From the NCBI GenBank assembly GCA_964016885.1, contig OZ024740.1, forward strand, positions 272,738,001 to 272,802,000: a stretch of 64,000 nucleotides of DNA. Direction: 5' to 3'. Source of the stretch: Eledone cirrhosa. Lineage: Eukaryota. Both the position numbers and the translations under genes were made by a program. The notes under the pieces are model-generated. The model saw nothing but the letters and a program-made list of their open reading frames with translations. It was not told where the DNA came from and did no database searches. Position 1 is the stretch's first letter, and every line of letters begins with the position of its first letter. Below are positions 25,598 to 38,456 of this stretch, piece by piece.

Positions 25598-25708
25598 TTA
25601 TATAAATATATATACCCATATATATATCCATATATATATCTACATACACACACACATATATATATATATGTGTGTTTGTGCGTGTGTATGTATGGAGTAT
25701 GTATGAAT

Positions 25709-25747
<39 letters not shown>

Positions 25748-26184
25748 TATACAAGGTACATAGCTGGGAGATTGGACTTTGAAGTGCTGATACCTTGCTT
25801 GTATCAGGGATATATGAGGCTCAATATCTCGTAGTGGCGAAAATGACAAAATAACTTTATTTTTCTGTTTTTGAAAGGTCTTCAGCCTATTTTATAAGCT
25901 ATTAATAGCATCTCTGCACACGAACTTAATTTTATATATATCGGCAGCGAATTGGCAGAGGCATTAGAAGATTTCGGCTCCCTTCTCTTTGAGTTCATAT
26001 CCCGCAAAGGTCAAATTTGCCTTTTATCCATTCAAGGTCGATAAATAATGTACAAGTCAATATACTGGGATAGTTTCTTCCTTTATATCTCTTTTAACTT
26101 CCATGCTCTCACTCTCTACCCTTCGACACCCTCGAGAGTTAAGGCACCATGCATGCATGCGAGTGTGTATATATATATATATAA

Positions 26185-26692
26185 ACGTTTGGATTTAGAA
26201 GGCTAAAACAATGCAGGTATGGATATAGAATATAAATGAAAATGCAAAAGATATTGCTGACAATTAGTCTTTTACCTTAAATTTATTTGAATATCCTTAA
26301 TTTTCGAGATAATATCTCTTCTTCGGAGGGAAGTAAAGGGGTTAATCCAGTGTTCTAATTAGCTTGCCAAGTCATTCTGACAGGAGATTGTATAGAAATT
26401 CCATTCTATTTCTAATGTCAAAGAGTGAAGGTTAGGTGGATAAAGAGTTGTCTCCCTTTAAAAAGGGGTTTGGAAATGTATGTTTAAGTGTGTGTGGAAG
26501 AATACGTGAAGGTGTAAGCATGCGTGTGTGCGTGCGTGTGTGTGTGCGTGTGTGTGAGTGTGAGAGGATATGTTTATATGTAAATATGGGCGCTAGATGC
26601 TCTATCATGTTAAAATGCTCTATCATGTTAAAATGTCTTTGTGTGTGTGTATATGTGTGAGAGAGAATAAATGGAGGTGTAGGCGTGTGTGA

Positions 26693-26728
<36 letters not shown>

Positions 26729-27920
26729 TTACGTGGAGGTGTAAGTGTGGGGCTAGGTGCTCTATCATGTTAAAATTGGGTGTTGAGTTCTAGTCTATTA
26801 TTGATTGGTGGTTGCGTTTTGTCTATAATCAGTGCTTCTTTAATTCTAAGATTGCCGAGGTTTCTTTCCTTAGCTTCTATCCTAACTATTGTGTTTTTGT
26901 CGGTGTTTTTGCATTAAATAGGTGTTTCTTAAATGAGGAAGCGTTAGTATTGAGGTTTTCTTTTATTCTTATGTGAAGTGGTCTGGTGGTGCTACCTATG
27001 TAGAAATTGCTGCACTCTAATCTGTATACGACGTAAGCCTGGTGACATAGGTCTGTGTCGTTGATGGGGCAGTTGGCTAGACTGCAGCGGCTGTCATGTC
27101 TGGTGGAGTGTCTTTTGGATAGCTGTCCGTGTAGAGAAGGTCGTAAAGTGGGCTAGTTGGATATCTAGTCCCTCTCATCTGATAGCTCTGCGGATGGCTG
27201 TTGTTATTTCGTCACTGAAGTGTGGGAGCTTCAGGAAGCAAGTGTTAGTGCCTCGGGTGTGGTGTCCTCTGTTGTTTCTGGCACCGTTCGCGGTGGACGT
27301 CGGGTATCGGTTCAGTTTAAGTCCTTCCAGGAAATGTGTGGTGTGTGTATCTCGGTCTCTTGCGTCGGTGCATTTGTTCCGTGTTAGTTCGTTCCTTATG
27401 CATCCGAACTTAGCGCTGGCTGGGAGGGCCGATCTGAAATGTACGAACAGGTTCTTGCTGGCGGCTTTTTTTATAGAAGCAGGTGTGGATGTTGCCTTCC
27501 TCTGTTACCCTGAGTTGAAAGTCCAATAAGGATAGGGATACGCGGTCATCGGGGTGTTCCATGCTGAACTTTATACTGGCGTCCATGCTGGAGAATGTCG
27601 TGTATATTTTATCCGCTTCTTCACGGGATGATGTAAGGATGAGTATGTCATCTACATATCGGGTGAAGAAGGCATAAGAATGGCAGGTGTTGAGGGCTCG
27701 GCATTCAAGCTGGTTCATATAAGTGATGGCCAGCAGGTCCGATAGGCTGGATCCCATAGGTAAACTGTTGTCTGTCTGTATGTGTAGTGGTGGAAGGTGG
27801 AGTACGTGTCGTCCACTATGAAGGACAAAAGCTGGTGTATATCCGTCGGATGGAGGCCGTAGCAGTGGACGTCCTCTGAGACCAATAAATCGACAGCTGG
27901 ATGAGCGGGGACTGTAGTGT
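26185..27920 (-). mobile_element. Second type of Penelope-like element, 5'-truncated (RT + GIY-YIG + 3' UTR with degenerate hammerhead 26295-26329)
   Basis: Motifs include PMGSSLS, RYVDD, LSLLDF and FYKK. Manual translation of ~26950-27060 gives LCHQAYVVYRLECSNFYIGSTTRPLHIRIKE. Degenerate ribozyme: CCU-CCGAAGA-AGAGAUAUUAUCUC-GAAA-AU-UA-AGG. Confidence 0.85.
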
Positions 27921-27951
27921 ATATATGTATATTCATACATACATACATACA

Positions 27952-28017
<66 letters not shown>

Positions 28018-28176
28018 ATAATATTTTCGAATCAGCGAGCGAGTTTGAAATTATTATAAATATAAGCTACCGCCGTATTTTGACTAAAGAAATTAAAGAA
28101 ATTATTTAGCTTGATAGTGGGGTTAAGAACCCTAGGAGAAATGGAAAAAGATATATATATATATATATATATATAT

Positions 28177-28784
28177 GGTGGTTGCCAACTCGTTTTCGAG
28201 TACGGCCACTACTTTATATCCATGTAGGAGAACCCCTACCGATGCGCTGAACGAGTGTGACTTTTTAGTCCAGCCAGCAACTTGAAAACTCTGGTACAAA
28301 CACTACACTTGTGACAACTATTGACACATAGTGCTGGGCCCAGGGTACCACGTGATGACAAGTGCAGAGAGATCTCCAGATATAAAGCAATTCCTGTGCC
28401 GTGAAGCTTTTATAGTCAGCAAAGGCACTGCACAGAGCCAGTCCCACTCTCTTAACCAAGATGATATTTACCAAAAAGAAGAACAAGTCAACATCATTGG
28501 ATACCATCAGGGTTGCAGGTGTTATATCAGAGTGTTCCTTCTCCTAGAATTCTGCCTTGACAAAGCCTAAGGGGTCATCTCTCCCGGTGATTTTGGATGG
28601 CCATTGACTCTTAAGAGCTCCTTTGCCCTTTGACAGGTTTTGTTTTTAGTCCTGCAGGATATCCAAAGTCATCCTCCTCACCAAGAAACCTTGGTGGGGT
28701 TGCTAGTTTAGTCGCCAACGACCCGACCATGAGACAGGTTGTACTGGGATACATGTTACCAGTAGCACCAACTGGTGACCTGAC
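28177..28784 (-). mobile_element. Non-coding repeat resembling an RTE-clade 5' UTR (non-autonomous derivative)
   Basis: ctaggagaaggaacactctg and ctagcaacccca motifs recall RTE 5' UTRs. A second copy lies at 34521-34920. Confidence 0.6.
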
Positions 28785-28837
<53 letters not shown>

Positions 28838-28997
28838 ACATTCGTGTTGGTGTGTTGTGTCATCGTGCGATTGCTCATGCGTGTACAGACACTTGCCGAA
28901 GAAACGGAAGAAAGGTGAAGATGATCTGGAAGGAATTTGAACCGAGTGTCGTCCAGTGCCGTGTCGATACTGCCACTTCCTCACTCTCAATAATAAC

Positions 28998-29172
28998 TGT
29001 TTCTACTTTTGGCCCAAGGCCAGCAATTACCCAGTACGTTACTGGTACTTTATTTTATCAACCCCGTAAGGATGAAAGGCAAAGTTAACCTCAGCGGGAT
29101 TTGAACCCAGACCGTAAAGGGCCGTAACTCTTTCCTGCAAGACTTGGCGTCCGACCCTCTACCAATACTGCC
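28998..29172 (-). mobile_element. SINE (family of 24794)
   Basis: Reverse-complement match to 24794-24978. Confidence 0.88.
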
Positions 29173-29958
29173 GTCTCAATAATGAATTGTGAATATGAAT
29201 TATGTTTATGTACTATGATTGATTCAATTACTACAATAATAATTTGTAGCATCGTGCCAAAGTTTAAAAATATTTATGATGTAAAGAGAGTAAACTTTTC
29301 TGACAATGTGTTTGTAGTTTTAAACCATATCGCAAGTATGGATAATACTGACGGAAATGTACATTCATTGCTTATGAATTCACATTCCTTACGTTGTACC
29401 AATATCTTATTTCAAATCTCCGCCCACCTTTTGACGTTATATTAATGCTCATATAGCTGACGAAAGCTGCTGCTAAAATACTTATAAACCGATGATGATA
29501 TACATACATTGTAAAACAGGTGAACTCTGTAGAGGTAAACGTAATCACTCGCGATTTCGAAACTTGATTGCAGCCATTTCACTTCATTTATGTCACGAAC
29601 CTTTGAGAAAGGCAAGAACATCATTCTCTATCTCATTCCTCTAAAATATCGGCTGTTTTTCCATAATAATATACAGCATAGAGGACAAACCTAATGAAAA
29701 TACAAAAAATATTCATAAAAAGACGTAGGAAGTTCCAGTGTAGCAAATAACTGTAAGTATAGTTACTTGCGTTTAAAGCACCTTATAATAATCGGGAAGA
29801 GAGCCTTGGGGAAATGTTGACAGCGAACGCTATTAAAACATTCGCCATGTTAGAAGCTTGAATTTCCGAACGCACGAAGCGCTGAGGAAATAAATTTATG
29901 AGAAAATATTAGATACTCAGGCACAAAAAATAAGTTTACAGTTAGTTGCTATAAAATA

Positions 29959-30112
29959 ACGTATTTCCTGGCGTCGAAGTCTCTACTTTTTCCGTAAAAT
30001 AAGTCTCAAAAATCTACCATGCGTCCTTGTATATTATTTTTTTTTTATTTTTGGTTGTCAAAATTAAGGTACATCCTCGAGGACGAAGCGTCTTCGGCGC
30101 CGGGAAATACGG
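29959..30112. mobile_element. Tc1/mariner-superfamily (pogo/Tc2-like) MITE
   Basis: TIR cgtatttcctggcgtcgaag / cttcggcgccgggaaatacgg with TA flanks. Confidence 0.7.
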
Positions 30113-30646
30113 TAGCTTATAAAATTCGAACAAAGACGCTTACTCTCTAAATTAAGGAACTGAATCAGCCAACTTTTGGCAATGTTAACAATGCATATTC
30201 ACACGCCCATATTTATATATGGGCGTGTGAGTCAGTAAGTGTGTGTGTGTGTGTATATGTACACATACAATAAGAATAATTCCGAAGTTCGGTGTAGATT
30301 CTTATTGCACATATACACTATCACAGACTGACAAATCATATTTGGAAGAAAACACATGCGTTGAGTACTTAAATTGAATTGCATCATTATTCTTTGATCG
30401 ACGTGTTGCATACGCTACTATGAAAAGTCAACATGTTTATCGTAAGTATTAGGAAATCAAAGCGGTAATTAAGACACAGTATTACCCCCTTGTACCTAAT
30501 GAGATGTCATGTTAATAACAGCGGCCATATTTGTTTACAGTTGCCTGAAAGACAACGAAGCATGTGGATGTGCAGACGTACAATCTAAGACACATGCACA
30601 GTAGGAAACCAGTGGCAGTAGAGTTTTTGTGTTGAAGACAATAACT

Positions 30647-30761
<115 letters not shown>

Positions 30762-31802
30762 GGGGGGGGTGTATATAATATATATATATATATATATAAA
30801 TATGAAACAGGTTATCCAATAAATCAGACGACAACTGAGTTAAGAGAGTCTTTCACTGTATTGACGTCTACCGACATCTTTAAATGACAATATTCTAGGT
30901 ACATATATTCTAGCTAAATATGTAAGGTGAACGATGGTAAATTCATCACATTAGCTCATATAATAATATAATCGTGGGTGTTAATGGGAAACTAATTTGT
31001 CTGTCTTCTGTTATGAAATATTGTGGCTGTTGTACTGAGATAATACTGCATATACTACAGCTAGGTGTGCGTGATATGAACTGGGCGGATAGCTCGATAA
31101 TAGCAGAGTGAGAAAATTAAGAACTGAAGGCAAGCGACATTTTACAAGTACATATTCTGTATTATTATTCGTTTCTAGGGTGCTCTCTACGTGTTCTGCG
31201 CATTCACCGCTGGCTAACTAACATTTTAATTGGTGTACTTTATTAATTAATTCAGTTCTCCTCTTTTGACTTTTTCTATCTATATTCAGTCAATTTCTTA
31301 TATGAGACTTATTCTTTCTTATTCGCTTTCAGAAGTTTTCTTGGTGAGAATTTATAAAGAAAACGGATTTTCTTTATACTAATTCTCTTCGTACAGTATC
31401 GTGATAAAATCTAGCTGTAACTTGTTCCTAAATCTAATACTATACACCAAGGAGAAAAGATTATGTATGATTAAAGTAGTCTAAATATTGTAAGCTCGTT
31501 TTTGAGAAATACTTATGTCAGTAAACACCGAGACAATAACCAGCATGTGCAACTCACCAAACTTGTCTGCAATTTTTGTTGATATTTTAGTCTTATATTT
31601 TTCTTCATTGCTTAAAGAGAGGAAGATATTTTAATGAAGGAGCACGCGACCTAGATTCTGAAACTTTTAAGGAAGTAAGGGGTTGGTGTTTCAGTAGTGA
31701 GAGTTTGTGAAGAATATAATGATAAAAATACAAAAAAACTTTCAGACATATGCAAGGGATGAAACCAAATTCACTGCATCTTTCAAATATAACGTTGATG
31801 TA

Positions 31803-32010
31803 CGAGGGTCGGCTGAAAAGTTCATTTGCTGAAAGGTTAATAGTCTGACCAAGGGACTCTCATGGAATGACCAAATGAGGTTTATCTTCCAATAGGGCAA
31901 GTACCAATGCAGCTATTAATAAGAAGAGTTGAAATTAACGCATACAAGATTTCACAGCCCTAACATCAATCCTTGATAAATTTGGTTATGATCTTTCCAG
32001 CCGACACTTG
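31803..32010. mobile_element. mariner-like MITE with TA target duplication
   Basis: TA-cgagggtcggctgaaaagttcat ... atgatctttccagccgacacttg-TA. Confidence 0.75.
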
Positions 32011-33539
32011 TATATCCCAAATTACTATAATTTTTACCGCAGCATCATATAAACAGCTTTAAAAAAATCAGATAGTCAGACAAATAATTTCACGATAAAT
32101 CAAGTCTGGAGAAATTCCCAAGAAAAATGTAAAATGTTCATTAAATAATTATTTTAATTCTGATGGCTTAGAACATGTACTGGTTTAGGCAATGTTTTAG
32201 GCAATGACAGAAGATATGCACATTTTATATGGATGGTATTAGCAAGCAGAATGAGACAGAATTGTACAAAATGGTGTCTTCAGCAATTGATTGAGGAAAC
32301 AACATACCACGCAATATAACGTCTAACAAAAATTGAACTTGCAGATAGAGATAATATAAATCTGAATTTCAGAACTTCATATTTAAGTCTTCAAACACAC
32401 TTTAAATGACACATTTCTGCATGTTAAATATTATTAAAGCAACAACACCAACAAGAAAAAATTCAAAGCATGGAGAAAACGAAAGAAAATAAGACTAAGA
32501 ATAATCTGGTGAGAATTTACGAAAAACTCTTTTCTTATTTCACTCTTTTATTTGCTTTTCATTGCTTTCTTTCATCTATCTTTAAGTTGATTGGCTTAAT
32601 ATTTTAGTCGATTCCATATCTTGATATCGTATTCTTTTTCATTTATTAAATCACAGCAATGTAGAGAGAGTCTACTGTTATAACCCGAGGCGCATTAACA
32701 GTTGTTCTAATCGAATTAATAATCACATTTTTCCATAGACTGTACTCAACAAATGCATTATTACAGAAGAGCCATGTAGACATTTCTTTGAACGTATTGT
32801 TTTGCTGTCTGTTGCTAAAATTGCCACTAATTTCATTATAATTTTGGGTCAGAATTCTTTGAGAAAATCTATTTTTGCAATCGAGTTCAAAAGACGATAT
32901 TCTGTTTGGCTTCAACCAGTTTAATGTTGGGTGATTTGACGACAACTGCTGCGGTTATGTGGTTGTTGAAATGGCAGCGGCAACAGAATTCCTGATTATG
33001 GTGTTGTTAGATTAGTAGACATGGTGGGATTGTGTAGGTAGTGGTACATTGTGGCGGTGCAATTTGTGTGAAAGTGGTCAATACTTGCAAAGAAAATCAG
33101 TTGATTTATATGAGGGATGAAAAAATGGAACTTTTAGCGAGGAATATACATAATACAAATGTCTAGAAATATAGCCAATTCTCAGTCATATACTTTCTTT
33201 TCTCCTTTCTTACTCTCTTTTACTCTCTCTATCTATAACACTTACACACAGATACACGCACACGCGCGCGCACGCACACACAGACATATATGTATATATA
33301 TTTATACACTATATGTTTGTCTCTAACAGACATAAAATTCCCGGGCCCATATATACACCTCAATTTTGAAGCACGTTGTGTTAGTAATTCTGTTAATGAA
33401 TACAGACATGTGTACTAAAATGTGGATCATGGTCGGTTTTGTCTTAGCAATTTCATTTGAAATTATATACCTATGGATTTGTATGTATGTATGTATGTAT
33501 GTATGTATGTATGTATGTATGTATGCATGTATGTATGTG

Positions 33540-34460
33540 TGTTCTTTTGGTTTTATAATTTCACAAATCTTTACCAATAGAGAGAGAGTCGGTTTCTAAC
33601 ATAGACACAAGACTCTCTCATTGGAATTTACACAACATCAACTAGGTAGATATGTATGTATGCTTGCATGTGTAGATATGGATGTTATTGTATGTGTGGA
33701 TGTATATGTTTTGAGTTGTATGTGTACATGTGTATATGCTTAGTGTCTGTACATGTGTATATGCAGTTATTAGATGCAAAATGTTTGGAATGTTTTACAT
33801 ACTTTTACTGTTCTATTAATGAATAGTACTTGTAATTTCCTAACTAGTTGTGTTCTTTTTTTTTCTGTGAACCCCAGCTTCTCAAGATTTGTATTGAGGC
33901 AGTTACTAACGTACCCCAGTGCCCCAATAATCACAGGCATAAATCTGAAGGTATACTGAGGGTGGAGTATCTGCAGATTTCTCATTAGTTAAGCATTAAT
34001 ATTCTCTTTTTCGCTAATCTTTGATATATTGGCATACTGCTGGGCATACTGCTGATTATGGCATGGGTGACATCTTCGATGTTAATTCTGCAGAATCTGC
34101 ACTTGTCGCATCTAGGTGTTTTGCCTGCATCGCTATCTCTTTTGTGAATCAGGTATTTTGTATTCTTGGATTGCAAAAGCGTATCCTTCAAAGTGGGAGC
34201 CAATATAGTGGTTGTTGGTCTAAGATAGAGTACTTTGCTTATCTATATTACTGTCACTCTGGAGCTTCCTGGCAACATATCCATGGATGATGTTTTGCTG
34301 ATAAACATGCAGTTTTTCATCCATAGATTCGCTGCTGTATTGCTGGGTAATTTCCCTGGGAATGAGCCTTCGATTATCACAGGGAATATCTTTCAAGGAG
34401 TTCCTTCCCAACTCTCATGATTTAATCTGATTTAAGACTTGTTCAATAGATGGGATCCTA
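33540..34460 (-). mobile_element. R4/Dong-like (RLE) non-LTR element 3' fragment, internally deleted
   Basis: CRFCRINIEDVTH (CCHC remnant), PVIIGALG, and a 3' UTR ending in (CATA)n. Confidence 0.7.
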
Positions 34461-34520
34461 TGTATGTATGTATGTATGTATGTATGTATGTATGTATGTA
34501 TGTATGTATGTATGTATGTA

Positions 34521-34920
34521 TGACCCCTTAGCCTTTGTCAAGGCAGAATTCTAGGAGAAGGAAAACTCTGATATAACACCTGCAACCCTGATGGTATCCA
34601 ATGATGTTGACTGGTTCTTCTTTTTGGTAAATATCATCTTGGTTAAGAGAGTGGGACTGGCTTTGTGCAGTGCCTTTGCTCACTATAAAAGCTTCACGGC
34701 ACAGGCATTGCTTTATATCTGGAGATCTCTCTGCACTTGTCGTTACATGGTACCATGGGCCCAGCACTATGTGTCAATAATTGTCACAAGTGTAGTGTTT
34801 GTACCAGAGTTTTCAAGTCGCTGGCTGGACTAAAAAGTCACACTCGTTCAGCGCATCGGTAGGGCTTCTCCTATATGGATATAAAGTAGTGGCCGTACTC
34901 GAAAACGAGTTGGCAGCCAC
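34521..34920 (+). mobile_element. Second, 5'-truncated copy of the 28.2-kb repeat, inserted in (TATG)n
   Basis: Reverse complement of ~28178-28577 with few mismatches. Confidence 0.85.
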
Positions 34921-34934
34921 TATGTATGTATGAA

Positions 34935-35640
34935 TGTTCTTCTGGTTTTATAATTTCACAAATGTTTGCCAATAGAGAGAGAGAGTCGGTTTCTAGCATA
35001 GACACAAGATTCTCTCATTGGAATTTTCACATCAACTAGGTAGATATGTATGCATGTCTGCATGCATGCATGTGTAGATCTGGATATTATTGAATGTGTG
35101 TATGTGTATGTTTTGAGTTGTATGTATGCATGTGTATATGCTTAGCATCTGTACATGCAGTTATTAGATGCAAAATGTTTGGAATGTCTTACATATTTTC
35201 ACTGTTCCATTAATGGATTGTACTTGCAATTTCCTAACTAGTCGTGTCCTTTCTGTTACTGTGAAGCCCAGCTTCTCAAGATTTGTATTGAGGCAGTTAC
35301 TAACACTAATAAGTGCCCCAATAATCACAGGCATTAATCTGAAGGTATAATCAGGGTGGAGTATCTGCAGATTTCTCATCAGTTTTGCATATATTTTCTC
35401 CTTTTCGCTAATCTTTGATATTATATTGGCCTCTGCTGAGCAGCTAACTTCCACTACTGTGCATGACTTCTTTTCTCTGTCCCATATCACAATATCTGGT
35501 CTGTTATGCCTGCATTTTATTGGAGTTTTTACTGGAACATTCCAACAGTACTCTTTCATATTATGTATATGTATGTCTTCCACATTGCTGTAGCTTTTAA
35601 TGTGTTTATTATAGGGGCTATCTTTTCTACGGATTGCATA
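34935..35640 (-). mobile_element. R4/Dong-like (RLE) element 3' fragment with PD-(D/E)xK endonuclease
   Basis: NRPDIVIWD..VVEVS..EKEKIY..PVIIGAL; 3' UTR duplicated with 33540-33770. Confidence 0.78.
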
Positions 35641-36390
35641 TGTATGTATGTGTTTGTGTGTGTATGTGCACGCGTATGTATATGTGTATGTTAAACACAA
35701 ATATCATTCTGGTGACAAATAATGTCTTTAAATATCTGGAAATTTAGTATTCGCGTAAAAGTACATATGACTGCGTCTTTTATACACTTTAAAAAAAACA
35801 ACATATCATTGAAACTGACTTTTAGGTAAATTGGCTTGCATTTTAAAACAACTACACTGAATCTTAGGTAAGGAAAGAAGCTGGAAGAAACCTTAGATCA
35901 CTGCACAAATTATATTTTCCGTAATCATGTATGTTCAGATTTTAGATTGCGAATGCTGCACCTTTCTTTTTTCTTCTACAATGATCGATCGAATATGTAG
36001 CAGTAATTATTGGTGTCGATAAACCGATTATACTTTCTTCTGTGTATTACCGTGTGTTCATTTATTGGTCGAAAAAGTCCAGTATTACTTCACGTTCAGA
36101 TTGAAGTCTCCCCTTGCACTTCCATCTCCCTTTTAATGGGTACATTTTCTCAGAGTTAGCAGAGATTTTGTTGTTGCTGTATATATTTAAAACTCATGAG
36201 TATGTATGCGTCAGTGCACATAGTCTCGTTGTTTAGCGGGAAAGAATAACAATTTTTATCGATCCCTTTTGTAATATCTGATCAGTCTTTGTGGTTTATC
36301 TGATCAGTCGTTGTGGTTTATCGTGGTTTATTGTAATTTTCAATGGATTGTAGCGCATGTTGTTGGTACTGTGAAACACCCTACAAATTA

Positions 36391-36466
<76 letters not shown>

Positions 36467-36544
36467 CATGAGCGTGAAACTATAAACCTTTGTTTGTACT
36501 GCCTCTCTGTTTTGTTCCCGTTCCATTTTTCACTATATATATAT

Positions 36545-36657
36545 GCGCGTGGCCAAGTTGTTAGAGAACTGGATTCGCAATCGTGAGGTTGTGAGTTCGA
36601 TTCCCGAACCGGGCGATGCGGTGTGTTCTTGGGCAAGACACTTTATTTCACGTTGCG
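36545..36657 (+). mobile_element. SINE head (CORE-like family of 10192), truncated
   Basis: gtggccaagttgttaga, gagttcgattccc, ttgggcaagacactttatttcacgttgc. Confidence 0.75.
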
Positions 36658-36677
36658 ACTGTAATATATATATATAT

Positions 36678-38170
36678 TTTCTAGGGCGGGTAAAATTCCC
36701 GAGATCCATGGATGAGTTCTCTCCAACGGTCTCTGTCCCTTATTAGCGCTGCCATGTCCTGCATCTCCAACAGACCAGTGTCTGTACTTAGGGCATCAAC
36801 ATACGTTAACCTTGGTTTTCCACTTCCAGTGTGTCCATGTAAGGGCTCCCACAAGAGCACTGAGTGCGTGCAATGTCAACTCTGGATGCCGGTGAGCATG
36901 TCCAGCTAACCTAAGTCTCCTCTGTGTCACTTTTGAGCTGACTTTTGGGAGGCTCCCATACAGCTCTGAGTTTTTCATCCTCAGTGTATACTGATTAATG
37001 TTCAGAGCCATCCTCAGGATTCTCGTGTAGCACCTATCCACCATCTGAGTGAGTTTCTTAGTCAGTGTCCAAGTCTCAGGCCCGTACAGCAGCACAGACT
37101 CCACTACAGCAATGAAGAAGCGGATTTTCAGGTTTACGAAGGTCCGACTTCCAACCGATCGCAAGCTGTGGCACGCCGCCCAGTCTTTGCTCTTCCTCTT
37201 AACCACATCATCTTCCGTATTCCCAATATTTGCTCCCAAATACAGGAAGTCCTCAACCAATTCTAGCGGCTTCCCGCCTACATTAGTGATCCCCTCTGGC
37301 TTCTCAACATTCTCTACCAGATATTTTGTTTTAGTTTCATTCATTCTCAGCCCCACACTCATCGACATAGTCTCAACCTCCTGCATCAAATCCTCTGCCT
37401 CCTTCACTGTATTTGTCACCAAAACTATGTCGTCGGCAAATTGAGCATCCGATATCTGTTCGCTTTAACTCTCCTGCTCTGAGCCGGTGCTACACTAAAG
37501 CCAGAGTCCTGGTGTTTCTCCAGTGCAAGGCGCATACAATAGTCCACTACGACGATAAAAAGGTAGGGCGCCAATATATCTCCCTGGAGCACTCCAGCCA
37601 GTATCTCAAAGAACTCTGTTATCCCATCAGGTGTAATGACTTGGGCTTTGGTGTTGGTGTAGAGCAGTGATATCAGGTCCACTATCTTCTTGGAGATTCC
37701 ATAAGCCTGTAAGATCTTCATCAGGCAGTGACGGTCCACAGAATCAAAGGCCTTCCTAAAGTCAATGAAAACTATGACCGTACGAAGGCACTTTGCTCTA
37801 GCTCCCTCTAATATCCTCCTCAGCATCAGGATGTGACAGGTGGTTGATCTTCCCTCTCTAAAGCCGTTCTGGTTGTCCCTGAGCTTCTTCTCCATCTCAG
37901 GCTGGATCCTGTTAAGAATCAACCTGTTGATGGTCTTTGCCACAAGTGACGTCAGTGAGATCCCCTGGCAGTTGTTGGTGTTAGAGAGATCTCCCTTCTT
38001 TGGTACTGGGACGATGTTACTGATCCTCCACTGAACGGGCAACTCCTTTCTCGAGTACCTGGTTACAGAACTCCAGGATGATATCATCAAAATCACACCT
38101 CTTCATCACTTCTGATGCCTCTCCATCTTCTCCATGAGCCATGCTCTCCTTGATCTTCTTCTTGGCTCTC
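36678..38170 (-). mobile_element. RTE-clade LINE, 5'-truncated, frameshifted RT
   Basis: PVPKKGD, QNGFREGRST, FIDFRKAFDSV, GVLQGD, FADD (other frame), FLYLG, LLYGPETWTL, RLRLAGH. Confidence 0.88.
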
Positions 38171-38184
38171 TCTCTATATATATA

Positions 38185-38400
38185 GGAAAAGAGTCAGGAC
38201 CCCGACGGCTGAGCTCCGGCCGTTTCGACAGCTAGAGCCGAACTAAGTTCCGAGTTATGTTCGGATTTAGCTGTCGAAACGGCCGGAGCTCAGCCGTCGG
38301 GGTCCTGACTCTTTTCATATTATTCACTCAACTACACTACTAGGTATTGGGTACTCTGGTGCATTGACATACACCTGGTATCTTACCACACCTTTCTTGT
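38185..38400. repeat. GC-rich 132-bp hairpin (38185-38316) plus tail, between (TA) and (CA) tracts
   Basis: gaaaagagtcaggaccccgacgg... / ...ccgtcggggtcctgactcttttc; contains GAAA-CGGCCG but no CUGANGA. Confidence 0.85.
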
Positions 38401-38420
38401 ACACACACACAAACGCATGG

Positions 38421-38452
<32 letters not shown>

Positions 38453-38456
38453 TAAT

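Noticed and set aside
32646-33100. 99-aa minus-strand ORF in unique sequence
   Set aside because: Non-ATG start, upstream in-frame stop and no recognisable motif.
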